DNA of 32,000 nt from positions 510,001 through 542,000 of the forward strand of contig NC_022359.1 of NCBI RefSeq assembly GCF_000354175.2, written 5' to 3'. This stretch comes from Vibrio alginolyticus NBRC 15630 = ATCC 17749. Lineage in GTDB: Bacteria > Pseudomonadota > Gammaproteobacteria > Enterobacterales > Vibrionaceae. Positions within the stretch are counted from its first letter, which is position 1, and each line of letters starts with the position of its first letter. Made by a program: the position numbers and the translations under genes. Positions 8,662-18,770 of the stretch are shown one piece after another. The notes below the pieces were generated by a model. The model saw nothing but the letters and a program-made list of their open reading frames with translations, made no database searches and was not told the origin of the DNA.

Positions 8662-9177
8662 TTATTTTTGTAGTGAGTAGATTTTATCGGCGTAGGGTTT
8701 GCCACCAATTTGGTATGCGTCTGGAATGACCTCAATGAGTTCGAAACCACATTTTATCAGGACACGTTCTGACGCAATATTGCCTTCAGTGACCGTCGCG
8801 GAAAAGTGGTTGATGTTATGTGTCGAGGTTGCCCAGTATAGAAGCGCTTGAAGAGTTTCTGTTCCAAACTGTTGGCCATGAAATTCCGGCAAAAGTAAGT
8901 AACCTACCTCTGCCTTACCGTTTTCAATAGCAAAGCCAGTGATGCCGATGGGTTGTTCAGATTGCTTATCGAGTATTACAAGGCAAAGCCAATGCTGGCA
9001 ATTTGGGGTCCATGGTAATAATCGCGAAGCAAATTTTTCTCTTATTTCTGTTTCGCTGGGACGATCGAAACAGAGCGCAATAACCTCTTGTTCGGAGAGT
9101 AATCGTTGAAAGAGTTCCCAGTCACTGGCTTTGATGGGTCTTAATTGGCTTCTGTGCGTCTCGATATAAACTGACAT
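8662..9177 (-). CDS. GNAT-family N-acetyltransferase (RimJ/RimL-like)
   Basis: 171 aa. The N-terminal 'LRPIKASDWELF' and the later HGQQFGTETL motif are typical of RimJ/RimL-like acetyltransferases. An AAGGAC RBS is present. The stop lies 9 nt before the SDR start. Confidence 0.8.
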   Translation of the reverse strand: MSVYIETHRSQLRPIKASDWELFQRLLSEQEVIALCFDRPSETEIREKFASRLLPWTPNCQHWLCLVILDKQSEQPIGITGFAIENGKAEVGYLLLPEFHGQQFGTETLQALLYWATSTHNINHFSATVTEGNIASERVLIKCGFELIEVIPDAYQIGGKPYADKIYSLQK

Positions 9178-9447
9178 GCGTGTCCTTACTGCATCAATGT
9201 GGAGATTCAGTCTCTCATCCTCTTATCTGTTTAATCAAATAGTTGCATTCATAAAAGTGATTTATGTGGTGAATAGTTGGCTGGGTAATGGATTATTGCC
9301 ATATATTCATCTTTGAGATGCAAATAACAAAATTTCATACTTGAGGCATACAGAGCAACACGGAAATGATGTGGATCAAGAGAGGACTACCCATAAAGTA
9401 GTAATTTGCGACCTATAATTACATTTTATTTGGAAGTGTTGCTAATT

Positions 9448-10542
9448 ATGTCAATAAAAAAACGATATGTTGCACTGCTGGTTGCTGCCGGCATTGGTGT
9501 GGGCTGGTTAACTTTGGGGGGGAGTGCGGCAGTAATGCATTACACCTCAGATACTGAATTTTGTCTCTCGTGCCACTCTATGGAAACCCCTTACAAAGAG
9601 TACCAAGGCTCAGTGCACTTCAGTAATGCGAAAGGCATTCGCGCGGAATGTTCTGACTGTCATATTCCTCAAGAACCAATGGATTACCTGATCACCAAAA
9701 TTCGCGCGTCGAAAGACATCTACCATGAATTTGTGACAGGTAAGATCGACACGCCAGAGAAATATGAAGCACATCGTAAAGATATGGCTGAAACGGTATG
9801 GGCTCAGTTCCGTGAAAATGATTCAGCGACGTGTCGTTCGTGTCATGATTTCGATGCAATGGAAGAGTTTGAGCAATCACGTGATGCGGCGAAGATGCAC
9901 GCTTACGCGAAAGCAAACGATCAAACGTGTATCGATTGTCATAAAGGTGTGGCGCACTTTGCACCAGAAGCAGAGCTAGACAGCAAGGCATTTGAAACGT
10001 TGATGAGCTTCACCACAAAAACATCACCTGGTGCCAAAGTCGTTTACCCTGTGACTGAAATCGCAATGGGTGAGATGGGCAAAATTAACCCAACGACGAA
10101 GTTGGAAGTAATCAGCTCTAAAGGCGACAACCGCACTGTTAAGTTGAACGCATTCCAAATGAAAGGCGCAGAGCAAGTGCTTTACATGGGAGAAGGTCAA
10201 CGTGCCATCGTAGCAACGCTAACAGAGCAAGGCCAACAAGCGCTTGAAACTGGTGAATTTGAGGCAGATGTTTACGGCAACGAATGGCGCGCGGTTTCTC
10301 TAACTGGCGCTATTGATTCTCCAGTTGTTGACACGCTTGAACCAGTATGGTCATACGCAGAAGAGTTGGACAACGTTTACTGTGCAACTTGTCACGCGAA
10401 AATTCCTTCAAATCACTTCACAGTGAATGCATGGGGACCGGTAGCGAAAAGTATGGGTGATCGAACTGATATTTCAGCCGAGAACCTAGAAATTCTAACC
10501 AAGTTCTTCCAGCACCACGCGAAAGATGTGGTTGGTCACTAA
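9448..10542 (+). CDS. torC: pentaheme c-type cytochrome of the NapC/NirT family, TorC/TorY type
   Basis: The ATG at 9448 (MSIKKRYVALLVAAG..., an N-terminal membrane anchor) is preferred over the track start at 9406. There are five CxxCH motifs: CLSCH, CSDCH, CRSCH and CIDCH in the N-terminal half, plus CATCH in the C-terminal domain. This matches TorC architecture. The gene lies immediately upstream of the TMAO reductase. Confidence 0.85.
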   Translation: MSIKKRYVALLVAAGIGVGWLTLGGSAAVMHYTSDTEFCLSCHSMETPYKEYQGSVHFSNAKGIRAECSDCHIPQEPMDYLITKIRASKDIYHEFVTGKIDTPEKYEAHRKDMAETVWAQFRENDSATCRSCHDFDAMEEFEQSRDAAKMHAYAKANDQTCIDCHKGVAHFAPEAELDSKAFETLMSFTTKTSPGAKVVYPVTEIAMGEMGKINPTTKLEVISSKGDNRTVKLNAFQMKGAEQVLYMGEGQRAIVATLTEQGQQALETGEFEADVYGNEWRAVSLTGAIDSPVVDTLEPVWSYAEELDNVYCATCHAKIPSNHFTVNAWGPVAKSMGDRTDISAENLEILTKFFQHHAKDVVGH

Positions 10543-10564
10543 CGATAAATAGAAGGATAAGATT

Positions 10565-13012
10565 ATGACTAATATGACCCGTCGCGGATTTCTAAAAGGC
10601 ACTGGTATGGCGGCTGGTGCAATGGCATTCACTTCATTTGCACCTATGTCTGTTGCGTCTTCAAACCAGCGTGGCAAGGGCATTTTGACAGCGGGCCGCA
10701 TGGGCCCAATGTTATGTGAAGTGAAAGATGGTAAGTTGGTTTCGACTACTAATGCTCTTCCACAAACTGTACCAAATAGTCTACAAACTACTGGGCCTGA
10801 CCAAGTGCATACCAAGGCGCGTGTGAAGTACCCAATGGTACGTAAAGGCTACTTGGCAAACCCATCGTCGCCAGAAGGTGTGCGCGGTAGTGATGAGTTT
10901 GTGCGTGTGTCTTGGGATGAGGCTTACAAGCTGATCCACGAACAGCACATGCGAATTCGCAAAGAATATGGCCCGGCTTCTGTGTTTGCAGGCTCTTACG
11001 GCTGGCGCTCAAGTGGCGTGCTGCACAAAGCACAAACCTTGCTGCAACGTTACATGAGCATGGCGGGCGGCTATTCAGGCCACTTGGGTGACTACTCAAC
11101 GGGTGCTGCGCAGGTCATCATGCCGCACGTTGTGGGCTCTATCGAAGTGTATGAGCAACAAACCACGTACCCAGTGGTACTAGAGCACAGCGATGTGGTT
11201 GTGCTTTGGGGCTTAAACCCGATCAACACTCTAAAAATCGCGTGGAGCTCAACAGACTGTGCTGGTCTTGAGTTCTTCCATCAGTTGAAAAAATCAGGCA
11301 AGACGGTTATCGCTATTGACCCTATTCGTTCTGAAACCATCGAGTTCTTTGGTGAGAATGCGGAGTGGATTGCTCCTCACCCAATGACCGACGTGGCAAT
11401 GATGATGGGTATCGCACACACTTTAGTGAAACAAGGTAAGCACGATAAAGCCTTCCTCGATAAATACACCGCAGGTTACGACAAGTTTGAAGCGTACCTG
11501 ATGGGCGAAGAAGACGGCGTAGAAAAATCAGCAGAATGGGCATCACAAATCTGTGGCGTACCTGCGAAGCAACTTGAGCTACTGGCTGACATCTTCAGTA
11601 AAAACCGCACCATGCTGATGGCTGGTTGGGGCATGCAGCGCCAACAATACGGTGAGCAGCGTCACTGGATGCTGGTTACACTGGCAACAATGTTGGGTCA
11701 AATCGGTTTACCGGGCGGTGGTTTTGGTTTCTCTTACCACTACTCAAACGGTGGTAACCCTGCTCGTGATGCTGGCGTACTTCCTGCGATTTCGGCATCG
11801 CTGGGTGGCGGCTCTTCTGCGGGGAACGACTGGGCGGTGTCTGGCGCGGTGCAAAGCTTCCCTGTGGCGCGTATTGTCGAGGCGTTGGAAAACCCAGGTC
11901 AATCCTACCATCATAACGGTCATGAACTGACGTTCCCGGACATCAAGATGATTTGGTGGGCAGGTGGTGCGAACTTTACTCACCACCAAGACACCAACCG
12001 TCTGATCAAAGCGTGGCAAAAGCCTGAGCTGATCGTGATTTCAGAGCCTTACTGGACGGCGGCTGCGAAGCACGCGGACATTGTTCTGCCAATCACCACA
12101 TCGTTCGAGCGTAACGACTTAACGATGACGGGTGACTACAGTAACCAACACTTGGTGCCAATGAAGCAAGTGGTTGAGCCGCAAGGTGAAGCGCGTAATG
12201 ACTTCGATGTATTCGCGGACATGGCCGAGATGCTAGCTCCGGGTGGCCGTGACGTATACACCGAAGGCAAAACTGAAATGGAATGGCTGTACGGCTTCTA
12301 CAAGGCGGCGCAACAAGGTGGCCGTGGCTCTCGCGTAGCAATGCCGAACTTCAGCAAGTTCTGGGAAGATAACCAACTGATCGAGATGAAGTGGAACGAG
12401 AAGAACGCACAGTTTGTTCGTTACGCAGATTTCCGTGAAGACCCGATCATGAATCCACTCGGTACACCAAGTGGTAAGATCGAAATCTTCTCGAAAACCA
12501 TTGAAGGTTATCAGTTGGAAGACTGTCCTCCACACCCAACGTGGATGGCACCAACCGAGTACACTGGCAATGCAAAAGACGGCGAGTTGCAGCTAATGAC
12601 CGCGCACGCAGCGCATCGTCTACACAGCCAGTTTAACTACGCGAAGATTCGCGAAGAGTACGCAATTGCAAACCGTGAACCTATTTGGATTCACCCTGAA
12701 GATGCGAAAGCGCGTGGTATTAAAACGGGCGATTTAGTTCGTGCGTTTAACAACCGTGGTCAAGTATTGGTTGGTGCAGAAGTGACTGACCGAATCAAGC
12801 AAGGTTCAGTGTGTATTCATGAAGGCGGCTGGCCGGATCTGGATCCGAAAACCGGCATTTGTAAGAACGGCGGTTGTAACGTGTTAACGTTGGATATTCC
12901 GACCTCTCGACTTGCAAACGGCTGTGCGGCGAACTCGGCGCTGGTTCGTATTGAAAAATACACTGGCCCAGAATTAGAACTAACAGCGTTTGAACCACCA
13001 AGAAATGGTTAG
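10565..13012 (+). CDS. torA: periplasmic trimethylamine-N-oxide reductase (molybdopterin, DMSO reductase family; TorA/TorZ type)
   Basis: 815 aa. It has a twin-arginine signal (MTRRGFLKG). There is no N-terminal Fe-S Cys cluster. Long stretches are recognisably like E. coli TorA, for example [38 protein letters not shown] and [22 protein letters not shown] is present. Confidence 0.9.
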   Translation: MTNMTRRGFLKGTGMAAGAMAFTSFAPMSVASSNQRGKGILTAGRMGPMLCEVKDGKLVSTTNALPQTVPNSLQTTGPDQVHTKARVKYPMVRKGYLANPSSPEGVRGSDEFVRVSWDEAYKLIHEQHMRIRKEYGPASVFAGSYGWRSSGVLHKAQTLLQRYMSMAGGYSGHLGDYSTGAAQVIMPHVVGSIEVYEQQTTYPVVLEHSDVVVLWGLNPINTLKIAWSSTDCAGLEFFHQLKKSGKTVIAIDPIRSETIEFFGENAEWIAPHPMTDVAMMMGIAHTLVKQGKHDKAFLDKYTAGYDKFEAYLMGEEDGVEKSAEWASQICGVPAKQLELLADIFSKNRTMLMAGWGMQRQQYGEQRHWMLVTLATMLGQIGLPGGGFGFSYHYSNGGNPARDAGVLPAISASLGGGSSAGNDWAVSGAVQSFPVARIVEALENPGQSYHHNGHELTFPDIKMIWWAGGANFTHHQDTNRLIKAWQKPELIVISEPYWTAAAKHADIVLPITTSFERNDLTMTGDYSNQHLVPMKQVVEPQGEARNDFDVFADMAEMLAPGGRDVYTEGKTEMEWLYGFYKAAQQGGRGSRVAMPNFSKFWEDNQLIEMKWNEKNAQFVRYADFREDPIMNPLGTPSGKIEIFSKTIEGYQLEDCPPHPTWMAPTEYTGNAKDGELQLMTAHAAHRLHSQFNYAKIREEYAIANREPIWIHPEDAKARGIKTGDLVRAFNNRGQVLVGAEVTDRIKQGSVCIHEGGWPDLDPKTGICKNGGCNVLTLDIPTSRLANGCAANSALVRIEKYTGPELELTAFEPPRNG

Positions 13013-13033
13013 AAAAAAGTAGCGTTTTAAAGC

Positions 13034-13065
13034 AAGAAGCCAGCGAATCGCTGGCTTCTTTTTTA
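13034..13065. terminator. Rho-independent terminator after torA (convergent with the PAP2 gene)
   Basis: AAGAAGCCAGCG-aat-CGCTGGCTTCTT followed by TTTT. This is a perfect GC-rich stem. Confidence 0.85.
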
Positions 13066-13082
13066 TCTAGTAATCGTTCACA

Positions 13083-13808
13083 TTAGCGCGAAGCGAGAGA
13101 AACAAATGGCATCTGTTTCTTAATTTGAAATGTCGGGAGTAAAGTAAATACAATCGCGACAAACAAGACTGAGCCTATTAAATCTTCAGGGCGGTGCATC
13201 CCCAGCCATAAGCGGCTATATGCGACGCTCATTCCCCACATCCATAATGACAGTGCAGAGATATAGCACTTGTTCTGTAAGAACAACCCGCCAAAGAAAG
13301 CCAAACAAATCGAAACGAAAATCGTATGGCCGGATGGGAAAGAATAGTCTTTCTCGCCTTGCCAATGGCGCGTTCGCCAATCACTGACGTGTTCAGAAAT
13401 CTGGTTAATTACGTTGGCTTGCTGCTTTGTATCCAACTGATAAAACGCGTCTGGGTGCTCAATCAATTGTTCTGCTGCGAGCAATTCCGTGTAGGGACGC
13501 GGGCTTTCTGTCATCAGTTTTAGCCCCGTTTTGCTGGCAAAACCAATCACCAGTAACAACCCTAACATTGAGAGTTTTTGTATCCACTCAATGCGACTTG
13601 GTTTAAAGCGAAATAAAGAAAGCAGTAGCAGTGTTAACGTAATTAAAAAGCCTTTGCTACCAGCAGAATCTGTGAGCAAAGTAAAAGTAATACCCAGACT
13701 TTCCGGCACCTGTGAAGTGAGATTGTGATAAGAGCCAAACAGCGACATTGGGATGATGCCAAGAACAAACAAGGCGAGCATCATCAATCCATATTTTTTG
13801 GTTTTCAT
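13083..13808 (-). CDS. PAP2-family membrane phosphatase (PgpB/LpxT-like)
   Basis: 241 aa and multi-TM. The three PAP2 motifs are present: K-x6-RP (KLMTESPRP), PSGH (FPSGHT) and SR-x5-H-x3-D (SRLWLGMHRPED). Confidence 0.85.
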   Translation of the reverse strand: MKTKKYGLMMLALFVLGIIPMSLFGSYHNLTSQVPESLGITFTLLTDSAGSKGFLITLTLLLLSLFRFKPSRIEWIQKLSMLGLLLVIGFASKTGLKLMTESPRPYTELLAAEQLIEHPDAFYQLDTKQQANVINQISEHVSDWRTRHWQGEKDYSFPSGHTIFVSICLAFFGGLFLQNKCYISALSLWMWGMSVAYSRLWLGMHRPEDLIGSVLFVAIVFTLLPTFQIKKQMPFVSLASR

Positions 13809-14018
13809 TGAGAGCGTTTTGTTTTTATTGAGGGTTATTCAACCACGTGAAAATAAGGGGCTTATCTTACGTTATCTGGCGTGAAAAACTTATCAACGCT
13901 CTGTCAATTCGAGCGTGAAAGTGACATTGCAGCTCTTCGTTGTGAAAGGAGAGGTTGTTGAAAGTACTGAAAGGCAAACGCGCTCATCCATAAGCGCTTT
14001 GTTCAGGCGTGAGCAAGG

Positions 14019-14633
14019 TTAGCTCATCAACCCTAATAAATATTCCGATGCGGCTTTTGGATCTTCTGCGTGGCAAATCGCTGAAACCAAAGCTAAGCCA
14101 TGAACACCAGTGGCGCTGAGTTGCGGAATGTTACTTTCGTTAATGCTACCAATAGCGACGATTGGTAAGGACGTGGTGTTCAACGCCATCTTCAAACCTT
14201 CAATACCCCAGTGTTTTTTGGTGTTGGTTTTGGTCGGCGTAGCGAAGATGGCACTCAAGCCGATGTAATCAATGGGCAGAGAATCCGCCTCTGCCAGTTG
14301 ATCTTCAGTCTCAATCGATAAGCCGAGAATCTTGTTTGGGCCAATCAATTGACGAGCGATCTCTGCTGGCATGTCTGACTGCCCGAGGTGAACACCATCG
14401 GCATCGACGGCAAGTGCAACATCAACACGATCATTGATGATTAACGGGACGCCAGTGCCTTCAAGGATCGTCTTCACGGCTTGAGCTCGTTCAATAAATT
14501 CACGAACGTCACCATGCTTTTCGCGCACCTGTACCATGGTGACCCCACCTTCTACCGCCTTTCTTACAACGTGTTTGAGAGTGGGTAAATCTTGTTGGTC
14601 GTCGGTGACCAAATACAAACGATAGGCGTTCAT
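14019..14633 (-). CDS. thiE: thiamine-phosphate synthase
   Basis: 204 aa. MNAYRLYLVTD..., GVTMVQVREK and VHLGQSD are typical ThiE blocks. It is the last gene of the thi operon. Confidence 0.9.
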   Translation of the reverse strand: MNAYRLYLVTDDQQDLPTLKHVVRKAVEGGVTMVQVREKHGDVREFIERAQAVKTILEGTGVPLIINDRVDVALAVDADGVHLGQSDMPAEIARQLIGPNKILGLSIETEDQLAEADSLPIDYIGLSAIFATPTKTNTKKHWGIEGLKMALNTTSLPIVAIGSINESNIPQLSATGVHGLALVSAICHAEDPKAASEYLLGLMS

Positions 14634-14696
14634 TGTGTTTCCTTTCGCCTCCCACTTTCGTTGGAGTGAGAGGCGTTTAAAGCATTGAGAAGCGAT

Positions 14697-15488
14697 TTAT
14701 CTCACTTGTAATTTAAGACGTGTTGCCAGTGTTTCTTCATCCAGTTGGTAAAGCTCATCCAAAAGATGCATTTGCAAGCTACCTGGCCCTCGCGCTTGCT
14801 CAGCCGCAATTTCCCCCACAACGCCAAGCACCGCTGCTGCAGCAAGGCCCGTTTCGTCGCCGATTGCTGCGAAAGCGCCAGTCAGTGCCGTTAGTGTGCA
14901 GCCCATGCCCGTTACGTATGGCATCATCTCGTGACCATTGTTCAGTTGCACGGTTTGTTCCTTCGTGACGATGTAATCAGTCTCGCCAGAAATCACTACG
15001 CTCGCACCATACTCTGCGACTAAGAAGTTTGCTGCGCCAAGTGCTGCGTCGCTGCTGTCTAACGCATCGACGCCTTTGCTTTGTGCTTGCTCGCCAGCGA
15101 GTGCAATGATTTCTGAGGCGTTACCACGGATGATCAGCTTGTTTGCAAGGCGTGCGATCTCACGCGATGTCTCTGTACGCAGTGAACTTGCACCGCAACC
15201 GACAGGGTCGAGCACAACAATTTTACCGTTCGAATTGGCTTGCTCGACGGCATAGCTCATGCGCGGCGTCCAAACGCTGTCTAGGGTGCCGATGTTGATC
15301 ACCAAAGCGCCAGCAAACGACATCATCTCTGCCATCTCTTGTTTGGAGTGCGCCATGATTGGAGAAGCGCCGATCGCTAATAGTGCGTTTGCTGTGTTAT
15401 TCATCACCACGTAGTTAGTGATGTTGACGACTAACGGCTTTTGCTGGCGTACTGCGGTTAATGCTTGGGTGATTTGTTCAATTAACAT
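14697..15488 (-). CDS. thiM: hydroxyethylthiazole kinase
   Basis: 263 aa. [29 protein letters not shown] is a hallmark ThiM N-terminal block. A GGAGAG RBS is present. Confidence 0.9.
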   Translation of the reverse strand: MLIEQITQALTAVRQQKPLVVNITNYVVMNNTANALLAIGASPIMAHSKQEMAEMMSFAGALVINIGTLDSVWTPRMSYAVEQANSNGKIVVLDPVGCGASSLRTETSREIARLANKLIIRGNASEIIALAGEQAQSKGVDALDSSDAALGAANFLVAEYGASVVISGETDYIVTKEQTVQLNNGHEMMPYVTGMGCTLTALTGAFAAIGDETGLAAAAVLGVVGEIAAEQARGPGSLQMHLLDELYQLDEETLATRLKLQVR

Positions 15489-15500
15489 GAGACTCTCCGA

Positions 15501-16169
15501 TTAATCTTGCTGAGCGTTCAGACCTTGTTGCCAGAATGCTACTTCCATACGCGTTGCGGTTTTGAATACCTGAATCAGGTTTTGACCGCGCTGGCTGTTG
15601 ATATCAATTTCTGCTAGCAACTGATTAAAGTGTTCTGCCCCTTTTGCGACACCAGATTGGAATTCCTCACCACCGTAGAGGTTGATCCAACTTGCATATG
15701 GGTTGCCTTCGATTACGGTCTTTTCATCTTCAATCAGCACCTTACCGATTACGGCATAACCGATGGAGCATGGCGCTAGTGCCGCGTATAGATCAACAAG
15801 ATCGCCCGTCATGCCAGCATCTAATACGTAACGGGTGTAAGCCACAGTGCCGAAATCTTCTGGCTCGTTTTCTAAGTCGGATTCTGTCAGTCCCCATTGC
15901 TCACAGTAAGTCACGTGGTGGGCAATTTCAGAATCGAGCAATGCATGTACGCTTGGTAAGGCACGGCGCATGTCATCCAAAGTACGTGCTTTGTAGATCG
16001 CTAATGCGTAGGCTCGTGCGTACTGTTTTAGGAAAAGAAAATCCTGCTTTAGGTAATGCAGAAAACAAGGCTGAGCCAGAGTGCCTTGCGCCAATTGCTG
16101 CACGAAAGCATGCTCAGTGTATTCTTGCCAATCTTGGCGGCAAGCGTCGATCAAATCTTGGTATTTCAT
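15501..16169 (-). CDS. tenA: thiaminase II / aminopyrimidine aminohydrolase
   Basis: 222 aa. It resembles the TenA/PqqC-like family (HAFVQQLAQGTL...FLHYLKQDFLFL...). The thi operon context supports the call. Confidence 0.85.
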   Translation of the reverse strand: MKYQDLIDACRQDWQEYTEHAFVQQLAQGTLAQPCFLHYLKQDFLFLKQYARAYALAIYKARTLDDMRRALPSVHALLDSEIAHHVTYCEQWGLTESDLENEPEDFGTVAYTRYVLDAGMTGDLVDLYAALAPCSIGYAVIGKVLIEDEKTVIEGNPYASWINLYGGEEFQSGVAKGAEHFNQLLAEIDINSQRGQNLIQVFKTATRMEVAFWQQGLNAQQD

Positions 16170-16223
16170 TATGGGTATCTCGTTATCAAAAGACCCTAGG
16201 CTTAGAGCCCAAAGTCAGTAGAA

Positions 16224-17174
16224 TTAGTCAAAGTTCGGTACGTAATCTTTCGCTTTTGGCAGTGTTTCGATGATTTTTTGTGAATACATGAATTGCGCAT
16301 AATCATCGTAGCGTTTCAGATCTACTGCGGATGGACGAAGAGCAAAACGAGTTAGCGTGTCGTTCCAAGCGCGTTGGTTAAGCTCGTTGTTGAGCGTGTC
16401 TGGTGAATAAGCAACAAACTCTTTCCAAGATTCTTTTGGATGGTTAACGATGTAAGTGGTTGCTTGCTCTAGCGCTTTGTTGAATGCCTTGATGGCTTCT
16501 TTGTCGTAGGTTTTTGCATTGGCTACGAAGACTAACTCGTCATACGCTGGCACGCCGTGTTCTTCAGGGAAGAAGGCCTTAGCTTTATAACCTTCTAGTG
16601 CCAGTTGGTTGGTTTCGAAGTTACGTAGACCGCCCCAAATCGCATCCACCTTTCCAGACGCAAGAGACGAAGACAGCGCCCAACCTACGTTGATGATTTG
16701 TACGTCAGAAAACTTCACGTTCTCTTGAGTTAGCATGGTGCCGATTGTCGCTTCTTCGTTGCCTGCGATCGCAATACCGATCTTCTTGCCTTTCAAGTCG
16801 CCAAGGTTTTCATTCTTACCGTTATCCAACACCATCAGAGTGTTGAGTGGCGTAGCAATCAAAGTCGCAGAGCGGATTAGTGGCAAACCAGCTGCGACAT
16901 CGATAGTTAGGCTCGGTTGGTATGAAATCGCCATGTCGACTTTACCCGCCGCGACCAACTTAGGTGGCGTGCTTGGATCTGCCGGCTCTTGAATGTTGAC
17001 CTTCAAACCTTGTTCTTTGAAGTAACCACGCTCTTTGGCAATCACGATAGGACCATGATTTGGGTTGACGAACCAATCCAACATCAGTGTCATCTCTTTT
17101 TCTGCTGCAAGCACATTGGTTGATACCACTGAAGCGAGTAGAGCAGCAGCGCTCATAAGTTTGTTTTTATTCAC
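16224..17174 (-). CDS. thiY: ABC transporter substrate-binding protein, NMT1/THI5-like (HMP/formylaminopyrimidine binding, ThiY type)
   Basis: The track ORF extends to 17237. I prefer the GTG at 17174, which gives MNKNKLMSAAALLASVVSTNVLA (a classic signal peptide) and is preceded by AGGAAG. It resembles NMT1/THI5-like periplasmic binding proteins and sits in the thi operon. Confidence 0.8.
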   Translation of the reverse strand: MNKNKLMSAAALLASVVSTNVLAAEKEMTLMLDWFVNPNHGPIVIAKERGYFKEQGLKVNIQEPADPSTPPKLVAAGKVDMAISYQPSLTIDVAAGLPLIRSATLIATPLNTLMVLDNGKNENLGDLKGKKIGIAIAGNEEATIGTMLTQENVKFSDVQIINVGWALSSSLASGKVDAIWGGLRNFETNQLALEGYKAKAFFPEEHGVPAYDELVFVANAKTYDKEAIKAFNKALEQATTYIVNHPKESWKEFVAYSPDTLNNELNQRAWNDTLTRFALRPSAVDLKRYDDYAQFMYSQKIIETLPKAKDYVPNFD

Positions 17175-17221
17175 GGGGTTCTTCCTTTTCTTTCCCAATT
17201 TCCTTTGGTTATTTTCGGCAA

Positions 17222-18022
17222 TTACTTGCTTTCCCAAGGGATGGCTTTTTTCAATAATTTATCGGTGATGAAGTAGAGTGCGATAGACAGCACGGCGAGG
17301 ATAAACAGCGCCGCAAACATCTCATCAATGATCATGCGAGCGTTAGCTTGGAGCATCAGATAACCCAAGCCTTCACTTGAACCTACCCACTCACCGACCA
17401 CTGCTCCAATTGGCGCAATAACGACGGCAACACGAATACCTGAGGCTAAAGTTGGTAGGGCGGCTGGCAATTGAATATGACGAAGTAGCTGCCATTTAGA
17501 CGCGCCCATGGTCTTGGCAAGGTCGAGGTAACCTGTTGGCGTATTGCGCAAGCCGTCATAGCAACATGTCGTGACGGGGAAAAAGATGATGATCGCCGCC
17601 ATGACTACTTTCGATGCAATGCCGTAACCCAGCCAAAGCATGAGCACTGGCGCGATAGCGAATACAGGGATCGCTTGGCTAGCAATCAGAATTGGCAGTA
17701 ACCAACGCTTCAGCGGCTCGAACATCAGCATTTGCAATGCGAACAGCAAACCCATTGATAATCCAAGCGCCAAGCCAAGTAAAATCTCTTGCGCGGTAAC
17801 CCAAGTATGTTTGAGCAGAACATCGTAACGAGTGACTAATCTATCCAGCACTTCAATTGGTGAAGGTAAGATGAAGCTTGGCATGTCGAATACCACAACA
17901 ACCATCTGCCACAATCCCAAGATCACCGCTGTGCTGATAACTAAGCGTAGAGCCGGATGGGTCACGCGTTCTTTTTTACTAACGCGTGCCGAAACGGAGT
18001 TGTACTGAGTCATATCACTCAT
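17222..18022 (-). CDS. thiX: ABC transporter permease (ThiX type)
   Basis: The track ORF extends to 18148. The ATG at 18022 is preceded by GGAGAAAGG and overlaps the ATPase stop by 8 nt. The protein is a BPD-type permease with 6 TM helices and an EAA-like loop (AKTMGASKWQLLRHIQLP). Confidence 0.8.
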   Translation of the reverse strand: MSDMTQYNSVSARVSKKERVTHPALRLVISTAVILGLWQMVVVVFDMPSFILPSPIEVLDRLVTRYDVLLKHTWVTAQEILLGLALGLSMGLLFALQMLMFEPLKRWLLPILIASQAIPVFAIAPVLMLWLGYGIASKVVMAAIIIFFPVTTCCYDGLRNTPTGYLDLAKTMGASKWQLLRHIQLPAALPTLASGIRVAVVIAPIGAVVGEWVGSSEGLGYLMLQANARMIIDEMFAALFILAVLSIALYFITDKLLKKAIPWESK

Positions 18023-18770
18023 AGCCTTTCTCCAATTGATCCAAAATCGCTTGTTGAAGCGCGGCGCACTCTCCATCGAGAACTCGTGGTGGCTTGGAAT
18101 CCGGAACAACCAAGTGCTGAGCTTGCGCAGGCGTACCTTGCAGTACATAGAGTTGGTGAGCTAATCGCACCGCTTCTTGTGGGTCGTGGGTAATAAGAAC
18201 AACGGTCTTATCTTTCAGTAATTCGGCAGACAAGGTCTGCAACTTATGGCGAGTAACCGCGTCCAACGCAGAGAAAGGCTCATCCATCAGAACCAGAGGC
18301 TTGTCTTGCATCAGAGTGCGAGCAAGGGCAACACGTTGTCTCATGCCGCCAGAGAGCTGAGTTGGTTTAGCATCCGCGTAATCGGCGAGTTTTACTTGGT
18401 TTAGTAAAGCCAGTGCACGTTGTCTATTTTGCTCTGGTGCTTGCTCTTGAGAAAATCGAGAACTGAGGCAGACGTTGTCTAACACATTCAACCACGGTAG
18501 CAATAAATCCTGCTGAGCCATGTAAGCGATACGGTCATGCAGTGCAGCGCCATCCGTTGTGATGAGTTCGCCATGCCAGTCAACTTGGTCATCCAGTAGG
18601 CCAGCTAAGTAACGCAATATCGTCGTTTTTCCGCAGCCACTGCGACCAAGTAACACTGTCCATTGATTAGCAGGAATAGTCATACTCAACCCTGCTAGCG
18701 TTGGTGTTTGGCTGTCTTTGTATCGCAGACTAGCATCGGAAAGCTGAATGCCAATCGCGTTAGCGAACAT
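18015..18770 (-). CDS. thiZ: ABC transporter ATP-binding protein (ThiZ type)
   Basis: Walker A is GRSGCGKTT, the signature is LSGGMRQR and Walker B is LVLMDEPFSALD. I prefer the ATG at 18770 (the track start at 18785 is TTG). It overlaps the thiD 3' end. Confidence 0.85.
   Translation of the reverse strand: MFANAIGIQLSDASLRYKDSQTPTLAGLSMTIPANQWTVLLGRSGCGKTTILRYLAGLLDDQVDWHGELITTDGAALHDRIAYMAQQDLLLPWLNVLDNVCLSSRFSQEQAPEQNRQRALALLNQVKLADYADAKPTQLSGGMRQRVALARTLMQDKPLVLMDEPFSALDAVTRHKLQTLSAELLKDKTVVLITHDPQEAVRLAHQLYVLQGTPAQAQHLVVPDSKPPRVLDGECAALQQAILDQLEKGYE

Noticed and set aside
15692-16273. A 193-aa plus-strand ORF spanning the tenA/thiY junction.
   Set aside because: It is antisense to two well-supported thi genes and crosses their intergenic gap. 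Its composition is Arg/Ser/Leu-rich, as is typical of reverse-frame artefacts.
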